In this document: piece by piece, positions 10,082 through 18,186 of the stretch
Layout of the letters: every line of letters starts with the position of its first letter
How positions within the stretch are numbered: the first letter of the stretch is position 1
NCBI GenBank assembly: GCA_905235375.1
Contig: CAJOLH010000002.1
Location: forward strand, 13,416-77,415
DNA from: an uncultured Bacteroidales bacterium
GTDB taxonomy: Bacteria; Bacteroidota; Bacteroidia; Bacteroidales; UBA3663
Direction: 5' to 3'
DNA: 64,000 nt
Program-made: the position numbers and the translations under genes
Notes under the pieces: generated by a model
The model's database searches: none
What the model was told of the DNA's origin: nothing
What the model saw: the letters and a program-made list of their open reading frames with translations, nothing else

Positions 10082-10524
10082 AAGCACTCTGACGCCCATC
10101 AGAGTGCTTTATTCTGTTGCAGTAAGCATTCTGTCGCCCGTCAGAGTGCGCTATTCTGTCGCAGCAAGAACTCTGTCGCCCGTCAGAGTGCACTATCCTG
10201 TCGCGCAAGCATTCTGTCGCCCATCAGAGTACGCTATTCTGTCGCAGCAAGCATTCTGTCGCCCGTCAGAGTGCGCTATTCTGTCGCGCAAGCATTCTGT
10301 CGCCCGTCAGAGTGCCCTATTCTGTCACAGCAAGCATTCTGTCGCCCGTCAGAGTGCGCTATTCTGTAGCAGCAAGCACTTTGTCGCCCGTCAGAGTGCA
10401 ATATTCTGTAGCAGCAAGCACTTTGTCGCCCGTCAGAGTGCGCTATTCTGTAACAGCAAGCATTCTGTCGCGCGTCAAAGTGCGTTATTCAACTGAGCAA
10501 GCACTCTATCGCCCGTCAGAGTGC
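10082..10524. repeat. Tandem array of 11 copies of a 41-42 bp unit, each containing a hairpin (consensus AAGCATTCTGTCGCCCGTCAGAGTGCGCTATTCTGTCGCAGC)
   Basis: Copies were read directly from the sequence. The first and last copies carry the perfect stem GCACTCTGA...TCAGAGTGC. The array lies between the convergent 3' ends of the esterase and GH92 genes. There are no unique spacers. Confidence 0.9.
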
Positions 10525-12672
10525 TTCAGTTCCCCACTTACTGGGCTTTTTGCCAAAAAAGACATCCAATGTTCCTCCACGAACGATGTCCTTATGGTCA
10601 ATCCAGGTTTGATTCAGAGGCTTACCATTGAGCAGCACTTTCTGCACATAGATATTCTTGGCGGAATTGTTGTGGGTGATGATTTGGAACGTCTTTCCTT
10701 CATCGATATGTAGTGTTGCATCCTTCACTATCGCACTGCCTATCTGCCATTTGCCGCCGCAAGGCTCCACCTGATAAAGCCCTAATGAGGAGAGAATGTA
10801 CCATGCCGACATTTGCCCAACATCTTCGTTGCCGCAGAGTCCTGCAGGCTGGTCGGAATAGAGTTCATTCATCACTTGTCGCAAACGTCGAGCGGCTTTC
10901 CAGGGTTGTCCGACATAATTATACAAATAAATAATGTGGTGCGAAGGTTCGTTGCCATGAGCATATTGTCCGATAAGACCCGAGATGTCGGGATTGGCAT
11001 CCTCGTTCAGTTCGCTCGAAGCAAGGAACAAGGAATCAAGGCGAACGACGAAATTATCCTTGCCACCGAAACATTCCACCAGTCCGGCTACGTCATGCGG
11101 AACGAGCCACGCATATTGCCAGGGATTACCTTCAGTATAGTCGGATGTCTGATGACAAGGATTGAAACCTTCTCTCGATCGGAACTCACCTTTGTCATCC
11201 AAAGCACGGAAGTACTGCAACTCTTTGTCAAACATCTTCTTATAACCCATACTGCGCTGATAAAAGTGGGCGCTGTCCTCCTTCATGCCTAATCGGCCCA
11301 AAGCCTTTGCACCTGCCCAATCCGCCAGAAAATATTCCATGCTCTTGCCAACAGGCTCCCAGTCATTGTGATTGTAGGGTACATAGCCTAATTCCTCCAT
11401 CCAATGAAGCGAACGGTTTTGCTTCAAAAGGCTCTCTTTGATTGCTTTTGCTGCCAACGTCGTGTCTATCCCCGCAACATCCTTCAATATCATATCTGCT
11501 AACACAGGAACTCCAGGACAACCAACCATGCAATAGGTTTCGTTGTTCATCAGGTGCCATACGGGCAGTTCGCCCTGCTCCTGATAGATATGGAGCATGG
11601 TCTGAGCATAATCCGGCAATTTGTCACGCATAATAAGTGTAGCCAAAGGATGTGCCGAGCGATAGGTGTCCCAAAGTGACCATGTGGTATAGTTTTGGAA
11701 ATTACCCTCACGATAAACATGATAATCGCTGCCCATATAGTCGCCGTTGATGTCGTTCCAAATCTGCGGCGCTACCAAGTAATGATACATACCTGTGTAG
11801 AAGATGCGCATTTCCTTTAACGACGGCATCGAAACTTCAATGCGACCCAATTCCTTGTTCCATGCCTCTTCAGCAGATTTTCGTACACTATCAAAGTCCC
11901 AGTGATTCAGTTCGGCAATTCTGTTGTTATAGGCATTTCTGAAGCTGGTAGGGGAGAGGGCGACCTTTACAAGAAGTGGGGACGAAGGAGTTGCTTCCTT
12001 TTCGTCGAAAGTCATTACTCCATACTTGCCATCCCACATCAGTTCCTTGATTGGCTCATTGGTTGTAAGTTCAAAATAAACCTCCTGATGGGATGTCCAA
12101 CCATAACTGATACGATAGCCCACGATTGTGTGATCGTCCACTTGTTCGATACGCGCCTGCCGCATTCGGTCGCCGATTCCATTCTCAAGATCGACAACAA
12201 CTCGCCGATCGGAATGGTTTTTATGCCAGGTGAAACGATAAAGCGCCACGCGCGTCGTGGCTGTCATTTCACAATTGATGTCGAATCGATCCAAAAGTAC
12301 ACTGTAATAACCCGGTCGGGCGGTTTCTGTTACATGACGGAAAGGCGAAGCGATACCGAGTCGTGACAATTCAACATCTCCCGAAACGGGCATCAAGGCA
12401 ACATCGCCCAGATCGCTACAACCTGTACCGCTGAGATGAAGTTGTGCAAAGCCCACAATCGAATCACCGCTCTCATGATAGCCTGAGCACCAATCCCAGC
12501 CAACTTTGGTCTGTGTCGGTCCGGCATTCACCATACCTTGAGGCACATTTGCTCCAATGAATACATGTCCATGGTCTCCCGTGCCAATCGTAGGATCGAC
12601 ATACTGTATCCAGTTTTGAGCCGATAGGCAAGCGAACGAAAGCACCAGCGTAAGCGTTACAAAGGTTTTCAT
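10516..12672 (-). CDS. Glycoside hydrolase family 92 (alpha-mannosidase), secreted
   Basis: 718 aa. Signal peptide, then YVDPTIGTGDHGHVFIGANVPQGMVNAGP, the typical GH92 N-terminus, plus conserved central and C-terminal blocks (GNEPSHHIIYLY). Confidence 0.9.
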   Translation of the reverse strand: MKTFVTLTLVLSFACLSAQNWIQYVDPTIGTGDHGHVFIGANVPQGMVNAGPTQTKVGWDWCSGYHESGDSIVGFAQLHLSGTGCSDLGDVALMPVSGDVELSRLGIASPFRHVTETARPGYYSVLLDRFDINCEMTATTRVALYRFTWHKNHSDRRVVVDLENGIGDRMRQARIEQVDDHTIVGYRISYGWTSHQEVYFELTTNEPIKELMWDGKYGVMTFDEKEATPSSPLLVKVALSPTSFRNAYNNRIAELNHWDFDSVRKSAEEAWNKELGRIEVSMPSLKEMRIFYTGMYHYLVAPQIWNDINGDYMGSDYHVYREGNFQNYTTWSLWDTYRSAHPLATLIMRDKLPDYAQTMLHIYQEQGELPVWHLMNNETYCMVGCPGVPVLADMILKDVAGIDTTLAAKAIKESLLKQNRSLHWMEELGYVPYNHNDWEPVGKSMEYFLADWAGAKALGRLGMKEDSAHFYQRSMGYKKMFDKELQYFRALDDKGEFRSREGFNPCHQTSDYTEGNPWQYAWLVPHDVAGLVECFGGKDNFVVRLDSLFLASSELNEDANPDISGLIGQYAHGNEPSHHIIYLYNYVGQPWKAARRLRQVMNELYSDQPAGLCGNEDVGQMSAWYILSSLGLYQVEPCGGKWQIGSAIVKDATLHIDEGKTFQIITHNNSAKNIYVQKVLLNGKPLNQTWIDHKDIVRGGTLDVFFGKKPSKWGTEAL

Positions 12673-12724
12673 AGATTAATTATTTTAGGATGTAACCAAA
12701 TATAGTTTTTACTTCGTCAATAAA

Positions 12725-13246
12725 TCAATACAACTTAATGTACTCAAACGTATTTCCAACCTCTTTCAAATATTGCTCAAAGTCATCATGGCTGATTACC
12801 ACCGTGCCTCGGCAATCGTTGGGATGGAACGACAGCGATGCTGCATTCCTCAAGTTTTCATCCAAGAAGAGGTGGACATGATGCTCTAAATCGTTAATCA
12901 ATCCAAAGGGGGAGACACTCCCTGGTTCCAAACCGAGATAACGCATCATGCGTTCTGGGGATGCAAACGAAAGCTTGCCGCACGATGGCAGTCCCTTGGA
13001 AACAAGCGAAGCCTTCAGTCTTGCCTCCAAGTCATGAATGGCCAAATCGTGGTCGCAGTCGAAACATACAAGATAATGCTTGTTGCCTTTATGATTGCGG
13101 AAAAAGAGGTTCTTGCAATGTACCGAGCCATCGTCCTTCCACCATCGACGCGCTTCCTCGATGGTCTTACCTTCGGGATGGTTATAGTTTGTAAAGGGGA
13201 TATTGTGCTCCCGCAGATAGTTCAATACGGTTTCTTCTCGTGTCAT
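12725..13246 (-). CDS. YbaK/ProX-type aminoacyl-tRNA editing (deacylase) domain protein
   Basis: 173 aa. HCKNLFFRNHKGNKHYLV ... SFASPERMMRYLGLEPGSVSPFGL matches the prolyl-tRNA-synthetase-associated domain pattern. A minus-strand -7 box TATATTTG lies at 13263-13270. Confidence 0.7.
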   Translation of the reverse strand: MTREETVLNYLREHNIPFTNYNHPEGKTIEEARRWWKDDGSVHCKNLFFRNHKGNKHYLVCFDCDHDLAIHDLEARLKASLVSKGLPSCGKLSFASPERMMRYLGLEPGSVSPFGLINDLEHHVHLFLDENLRNAASLSFHPNDCRGTVVISHDDFEQYLKEVGNTFEYIKLY

Positions 13247-13331
13247 ACTGATTTATTTTTTGCAAATATAAGGATTTAATATGAATTATTTGCCATTTAT
13301 CGTCGAATATTTATACTTTTAGTGCAAAATA

Positions 13332-13363
13332 TTTGGGAATGAAAGAAATTTGCAATATCTTTG
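13332..13363 (+). promoter_or_regulatory. Bacteroidota-type promoter (-33 TTTG, -7 TATCTTTG) for the TlpA-like gene
   Basis: TTTG at 13332-13335 and TATCTTTG at 13356-13363, matching TAnnTTTG, with a 20 nt spacer. It sits about 50 nt upstream of ATG 13415. Confidence 0.5.
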
Positions 13364-13414
13364 TCGCGAAAATAAACACTTTTAATTAAAAAGAATATTT
13401 ATCTCAAAAACAAA

Positions 13415-14446
13415 ATGAAACAAATCCTTTTTGCAGCAATTGCTGCGCTGGCTCTCGTTGCTTGCTCAGGCGAGAAGCCGAATCCAAATGCCTACACCAT
13501 CAACGGTACTGTGACAGGTGCTGATGGCGAGACCGTCTATCTCCTTACCCAAGAAGACACCCTGGCATCTACAACTGTTCAGAATGGTGCTTTCACGTTC
13601 AATGGTGATGTCGAACCCCCAAAGGCTGTCCGCGTCTTCATCAGCCGCCAGCTCAACAGCCTAATTTTCCTCGAACCAGGTGTCATCACCTTCAACTTCG
13701 CTGAAGGCGTTGCTTCAGGCACTCCACTTAACGATGCCGACAAGGAACTCAACGACAAGCTGATGGCTATTGAGAAAGCTTCGCAAGTCGAAAATGCCAA
13801 TAATGATAGCCTTAATGATGCGTTTAATGCTATCCTCAACGAAGCTGGTGTGGAGCATGCCGGTGATCTCTTAGGTCTGGAAATCTTCAAAATTCTGGCT
13901 ATGACGAAGCCATTGGCTGAAATCGACAGCGTTATGAAGCTCTATCCTACCTATGCCGCAGATCCTGTTTTGCAGGATTTTGTCGAATCCAAGAAGGTGA
14001 TGGAGGCTACAGCTGCTGGCAAGCCCTACATCGACATCGTGGGTGTAGATGCCAATACTGGCAAAGAGTTCAAACTCTCAGACGTTGTCGCCAAGGGCAA
14101 ACCAGTCATTGTTGACTTTTGGGCATCGTGGTGCAGTCCTTGCCGTGCAGAGATCAACAAATTCCTCTCGAAGTATGCCAAGGAGTACAAGAACAAAGTA
14201 AACTTCGTGGGCATTGCTGTATGGGAAAATAGTATCGACGATACCAAGAAGGCCATGGGCGAACTTCCCATCTCCTGGCCAGTGCTTTATGCAGGCGGCC
14301 GTGGTGCTGACTCTCCAACCGAAGGCTACGGCATCAATGGCATCCCTCACATCATGCTCATCGCTCCTGATGGCACCATCCTCGCACGCGACATCCGTGG
14401 CACTGGCATCAAGGAAGCCATCGATAAGGCGCTTGCCAAGAAATAA
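13415..14446 (+). CDS. TlpA/AhpC-TSA family thiol-disulfide oxidoreductase lipoprotein
   Basis: 343 aa. Lipoprotein signal (ALVAC), thioredoxin-fold active site FWASWCSPCRAE, and YGINGIPHIMLIAPDG. Confidence 0.8.
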   Translation: MKQILFAAIAALALVACSGEKPNPNAYTINGTVTGADGETVYLLTQEDTLASTTVQNGAFTFNGDVEPPKAVRVFISRQLNSLIFLEPGVITFNFAEGVASGTPLNDADKELNDKLMAIEKASQVENANNDSLNDAFNAILNEAGVEHAGDLLGLEIFKILAMTKPLAEIDSVMKLYPTYAADPVLQDFVESKKVMEATAAGKPYIDIVGVDANTGKEFKLSDVVAKGKPVIVDFWASWCSPCRAEINKFLSKYAKEYKNKVNFVGIAVWENSIDDTKKAMGELPISWPVLYAGGRGADSPTEGYGINGIPHIMLIAPDGTILARDIRGTGIKEAIDKALAKK

Positions 14447-14478
14447 GCAATACAGAAATTACTGACTCATTCATATTT

Positions 14479-14511
14479 CCCGTTCGATTCCTTTTTCGAA
14501 CGGGATTTTTT
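14479..14511 (+). terminator. Rho-independent terminator
   Basis: Perfect 9 bp stem CCCGTTCGA (14479-14487) / TCGAACGGG (14496-14504), followed by ATTTTTT. Confidence 0.7.
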
Positions 14512-14560
14512 AGTTTGAACAATTTTGTTTTGTCATCCAAACCTTTCAAAAACCTTTTCA

Positions 14561-14632
14561 AACTAATAAATTTAGTTGGGAAAATGAATTATTAACTAAA
14601 AATATTCGTTTTGAACTATTTTTTTTAGTTCA
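14561..14632. promoter_or_regulatory. Candidate operator sites for the BlaI-like repressor (AACTAA/TTAGTT half-sites)
   Basis: Inverted repeat AACTAA-N5-TTAGTT (14561-14577), another AACTAA at 14594-14599, and TGAACTA-N7-TAGTTCA (14612-14632). All lie upstream of the blaI-like ATG at 14708. Confidence 0.35.
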
Positions 14633-14707
14633 TTTGCATCGTCAAACAGAACAAAAAGTCTCAAGAAGGAGGCTGAAAAGTCTTCAACGAAACAAAATTT
14701 CAATAAT

Positions 14708-15073
14708 ATGAAACAAGAACTAACAGGAAAAGAGGAAGAGGCGATGACCATCTTCTGGAAATACGGACCTCAGTTCGTCAAAGAGATGATAGCGTATTAC
14801 GACGATCCGAAACCACATATCAATACATTATCCACCGTGGTGCGCACGCTTGAAGAGAAAGGGTATGTTAGCCACAAGAGCATCGGCACGTCCTACCAGT
14901 ATTACGCAGTGGTCAGCGACGAGCAATACCACAAGCGCACGCTCACTTCGGTCATCAGCCGTTACTTCCGTGGCTCCTATGTCAACGCCATCTCCGCGTT
15001 GGTAAAAGAGGAGAAGGTTTCGGTCGAGGAGCTGAAGGAATTGATTGAAAAAGTTGAGAAAGGAGGCAATTAA
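14708..15073 (+). CDS. BlaI/MecI/CopY-family transcriptional repressor
   Basis: 121 aa with a winged-helix N-terminus (ELTGKEEEAMTIFW...TLSTVVRTLEEKGYV). It is followed by an M56 sensor-protease gene. Confidence 0.8.
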   Translation: MKQELTGKEEEAMTIFWKYGPQFVKEMIAYYDDPKPHINTLSTVVRTLEEKGYVSHKSIGTSYQYYAVVSDEQYHKRTLTSVISRYFRGSYVNAISALVKEEKVSVEELKELIEKVEKGGN

Positions 15074-15207
15074 TCCTTAATTACGATATGACAGGATTTC
15101 GGGATTTCGTTATAACGGAATAACGGAATAACAAAATATCGAGATACAGAAAACAACCGCACTTCTCAACCTATCTTAAACTTTCAAACCCTTCATAACC
15201 TCATCCT

Positions 15208-16665
15208 ATGGGCACCTTCTTCGCATACATCCTCAAGACGGCGATATTCCTGATCGTCTATTATCTGTTTTACAAGCTGCTGATGAGCCGCGAAACGTTC
15301 CATCGCTTCAATCGTGTGGCGTTGGTGAGCTTGCTGTTGCTCAGCTTTACACTTCCTTTGTTCGAATCGCTATTCAAAGGAGCAGGCACAGGCGAAGGTC
15401 TCGTTGCGCTCGAAGGGATGATCATGATGGCAACACTGGCCGAAGATACCAAAACCACTCAGATTCCCACCTCGCACATCCTGCTTGGAATCATTATGCT
15501 CGTCTATCTCCTGGGTGTGGTCGCATTCACGCTTCGTAGCCTTATTTCATACATAAGTCTTGCCAGACAACTGCGAAAAGGTAAGAGGCAAACACTCAAT
15601 GATGGCATCATCCTCTGCCTGCACGATGAGCAAATTGCGCCCTTCAGCTGGACGCATTACATCGTGGCAAGTCGCAAGGACATCGAGGAGAGCGGCGTTG
15701 CCATCATCAGCCACGAACTGGGTCATATCCATAACCATCACACAATCGACCTTATCCTTACCGAGATAGCCCTCATCGTGCAATGGTTCAATCCCGCTAT
15801 CTGGCTTATGCGCCGCGAGCTGCAAACCGTTCATGAATACGAAGCCGACGAAGCTGTGCTTGAACAAGGTATCGATGCAAAATCCTATCAATTACTACTC
15901 ATAAAAAAAGCTGCTGGTAGCCGACTGCAATCAATTACCAACAGCTTGCACCAAAGTTCAATTAAAAAACGTATCACTATGATGCTAAAGAAAAAATCAA
16001 ATCCGTGGGCACGAGCAAAGTATCTGCTTGCTGTGCCAGTGGCTGCCATCAGCGTAGCCGTGTTATCAACACCTCAGGCCTCGGCGCTCTCCAAAGAGAT
16101 TTCCGAGTGCAAAGTTAACGAGTTTTTCGCAAACCACCAAATTTTGGAACAAAAAAAATCGTCCAAGGTTGAAATATCGGTTAACGGGGAGATAGACAAG
16201 GACGTTGTTTTCATTGTGGATGGCAAAAGAGTGTCGAGCATCGACGACATCAATCCCGAGAACATCGACCACATCGAAGTGCTCAAAGACAAGGATTCAT
16301 TGGCAAAAATGGGTATCACCGATGCCAAGGGAGTCATCCGAATCACTACCAAATCGCTCGCTGAGGTCGAAGATATGCCCGAATATCCTGGCGGTATGGA
16401 GGCGATGATGAAGTTCGTGGCCGAAAACCTCAATTATCCCAAGCAGATGGAGAAGGACAAGGTGGAGGGTCGAGTGCTGTTGTCATTCATTGTCGAGAAA
16501 GATGGTTCGGTGACGAACATTGAGGCGGTTGAGTCGCCCCATCCAGCCCTTACACAAGAGGCAATCCGCGTGGTCAGTTCCATGCCCAAGTGGAAGCCCG
16601 GCAAGCAGGATGGCAAGGAGGTACGCGTGCAGTTCATGTTGCCAATCAACTTCAAGCTGTCCTAA
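15208..16665 (+). CDS. BlaR1/M56-family membrane metalloprotease fused to a TonB C-terminal domain
   Basis: 485 aa with N-terminal TM helices and zinc motif HELGHIHNHH. The C-terminus EYPGGMEAMMKFVAENLNYPKQ...EGRVLLSFIVEKDGSVTNIEAV is TonB-C-like. Confidence 0.8.
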   Translation: MGTFFAYILKTAIFLIVYYLFYKLLMSRETFHRFNRVALVSLLLLSFTLPLFESLFKGAGTGEGLVALEGMIMMATLAEDTKTTQIPTSHILLGIIMLVYLLGVVAFTLRSLISYISLARQLRKGKRQTLNDGIILCLHDEQIAPFSWTHYIVASRKDIEESGVAIISHELGHIHNHHTIDLILTEIALIVQWFNPAIWLMRRELQTVHEYEADEAVLEQGIDAKSYQLLLIKKAAGSRLQSITNSLHQSSIKKRITMMLKKKSNPWARAKYLLAVPVAAISVAVLSTPQASALSKEISECKVNEFFANHQILEQKKSSKVEISVNGEIDKDVVFIVDGKRVSSIDDINPENIDHIEVLKDKDSLAKMGITDAKGVIRITTKSLAEVEDMPEYPGGMEAMMKFVAENLNYPKQMEKDKVEGRVLLSFIVEKDGSVTNIEAVESPHPALTQEAIRVVSSMPKWKPGKQDGKEVRVQFMLPINFKLS

Positions 16666-16702
16666 ACAAGGTACAGAAAACAAGTGAAGTGTTAAAAATC
16701 GA

Positions 16703-16735
16703 ACGGGGGATTTCAATTTTCCCCCGTTTTCTTTG
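16703..16735 (+). terminator. Rho-independent terminator
   Basis: 8 bp stem ACGGGGGA (16703-16710) / TCCCCCGT (16720-16727), followed by TTTTCTTTG. Confidence 0.7.
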
Positions 16736-16762
16736 TATATTCAGAATTTGGTTGTATCTTTG
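16732..16762 (+). promoter_or_regulatory. Bacteroidota-type promoter (-33 TTTG, -7 TATCTTTG)
   Basis: TTTG at 16732-16735, a 19 nt spacer, and TATCTTTG at 16755-16762. It sits 51 nt upstream of ATG 16813. Confidence 0.5.
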
Positions 16763-16812
16763 CGCCATTCATTTCGACATATCGATTACATAAATAAACT
16801 GCTATTACAGAT

Positions 16813-17967
16813 ATGAAATTAGTCATTCTTGCAGTTGCATCATTTATTGCGGCTACTCTATCAGCCCAAACCATCGAACAGGCATCCCGCCGCTGGGACG
16901 CTGGCAAACTTACATGGGACGAATTTCTGGGGGAAAGCAAAAGCGACACGACCATCAATCGGTTCTCCTATAATGTCAAATGGGCACTTGCCACCGAAAA
17001 GATTGGTAACACCACCTATGTCTATTCAAAGTTTACGCCCTACTTCGACCAGACTGAATCGTGGACAAATCCAAAGTTCAAGAACGATGCCATGTTGGAA
17101 TACAACCAGATTATGTTCGACATGCTTGAACTCTACACCCGCCGCGCCACCATCGACTTCAATCGTGCCAGCGGCGAATACTCCAACGAACAGATCCGCT
17201 CTTTCTATCGCAACCAATTTGATAAACGTGTGAAGGAACTTGACGAAGCCACTCGTCGAGGTACCGATGCCAGTCAGTTACCCTTCTTTGCCGCTGGCGT
17301 GGCGCTCGACCTGGAGCGCACCCAATTCAACCCAGCTGCCGTAATCGAAGATGTTCCCGTCAATTTCTTCAGCGCATTATATATAGGTGCAAATAGTCAT
17401 TTCCCAAGTTCCGACTACTATAACCAAACCTTCGGTCTCAACATGGGGGCTGAATTCGGTTGGAAACGTCATCTTTTGGGTCTCGACATGACGCTTGGGT
17501 TCAGTGGCAAGGCAAAGACAGATTTCGATACCCACTACGGATGGATTTATGAGGATGAATCTCTCAACCATTATCAGATTTATGGCATCTACGGTTTCTG
17601 TACCTCCCGCAATAAGAAATTCCAGACCTTCCCCTTCATCGGCATAGGCGCGAATGGAATCATCCATCCTTTGGGGAAAGATTACGACGAAAAGGATCCT
17701 GAGAAGAATGGATTTTCGGCTTGTGCTGGATTGATGTTCGACGTTTTCCTCCATCATCGAATCACGATTCATCCCAATTGGACAAATCTGGCGAATGCCA
17801 CCTATCATGCCATACGCATCAGACCTTATATCAGTCTCACGCAATACAGTCATTTCGGTTGGACACCTGCCATCAATCTCTCAATCTCCTACAACTTGGG
17901 AGGATTTTTGTGGAGCCGCAAATCCTACGGGGGAGACGATGTCAAGTCAACCATCCACGAATACTGA
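16813..17967 (+). CDS. Secreted hypothetical protein, possible outer-membrane beta-barrel
   Basis: 384 aa with a signal peptide (AATLSAQ). The C-terminal half shows alternating aromatic/Gly-rich beta-strand-like segments. I recognised no motif. Confidence 0.5.
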   Translation: MKLVILAVASFIAATLSAQTIEQASRRWDAGKLTWDEFLGESKSDTTINRFSYNVKWALATEKIGNTTYVYSKFTPYFDQTESWTNPKFKNDAMLEYNQIMFDMLELYTRRATIDFNRASGEYSNEQIRSFYRNQFDKRVKELDEATRRGTDASQLPFFAAGVALDLERTQFNPAAVIEDVPVNFFSALYIGANSHFPSSDYYNQTFGLNMGAEFGWKRHLLGLDMTLGFSGKAKTDFDTHYGWIYEDESLNHYQIYGIYGFCTSRNKKFQTFPFIGIGANGIIHPLGKDYDEKDPEKNGFSACAGLMFDVFLHHRITIHPNWTNLANATYHAIRIRPYISLTQYSHFGWTPAINLSISYNLGGFLWSRKSYGGDDVKSTIHEY

Positions 17968-18186
17968 TTCACGACTCACAAAGCTTACACGCATTTCACA
18001 TATTTGCCCAGCTTCTAACGTTAACATCACCTAAACGTAGTTGCCGGGCTTTACTGTAGCCTAACTATGCAAAATATTTACAAATCATAAGGCCTTTTTC
18101 TATTCATCGAAGACTATTTTGCGGGATTTTCTTTAAACTTTCGACATCTGGAAGGTCTAAAACATGTAACAAATCTTCAAAAAACT

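Noticed and set aside
10082-10524. Possible CRISPR array, suggested by regularly spaced repeats
   Set aside because: The units abut head to tail with a 41-42 bp period and no unique spacers, and no cas genes are in the window. It is a tandem hairpin repeat, not a CRISPR array.
10076-10713. Three overlapping plus-strand ORFs (97, 130 and 133 aa) with repetitive SILSPVRVRYSVA-like peptides
   Set aside because: They are translations of the tandem repeat in three frames and run into the antisense of the GH92 gene. There is no start context and the peptide is low-complexity and periodic.
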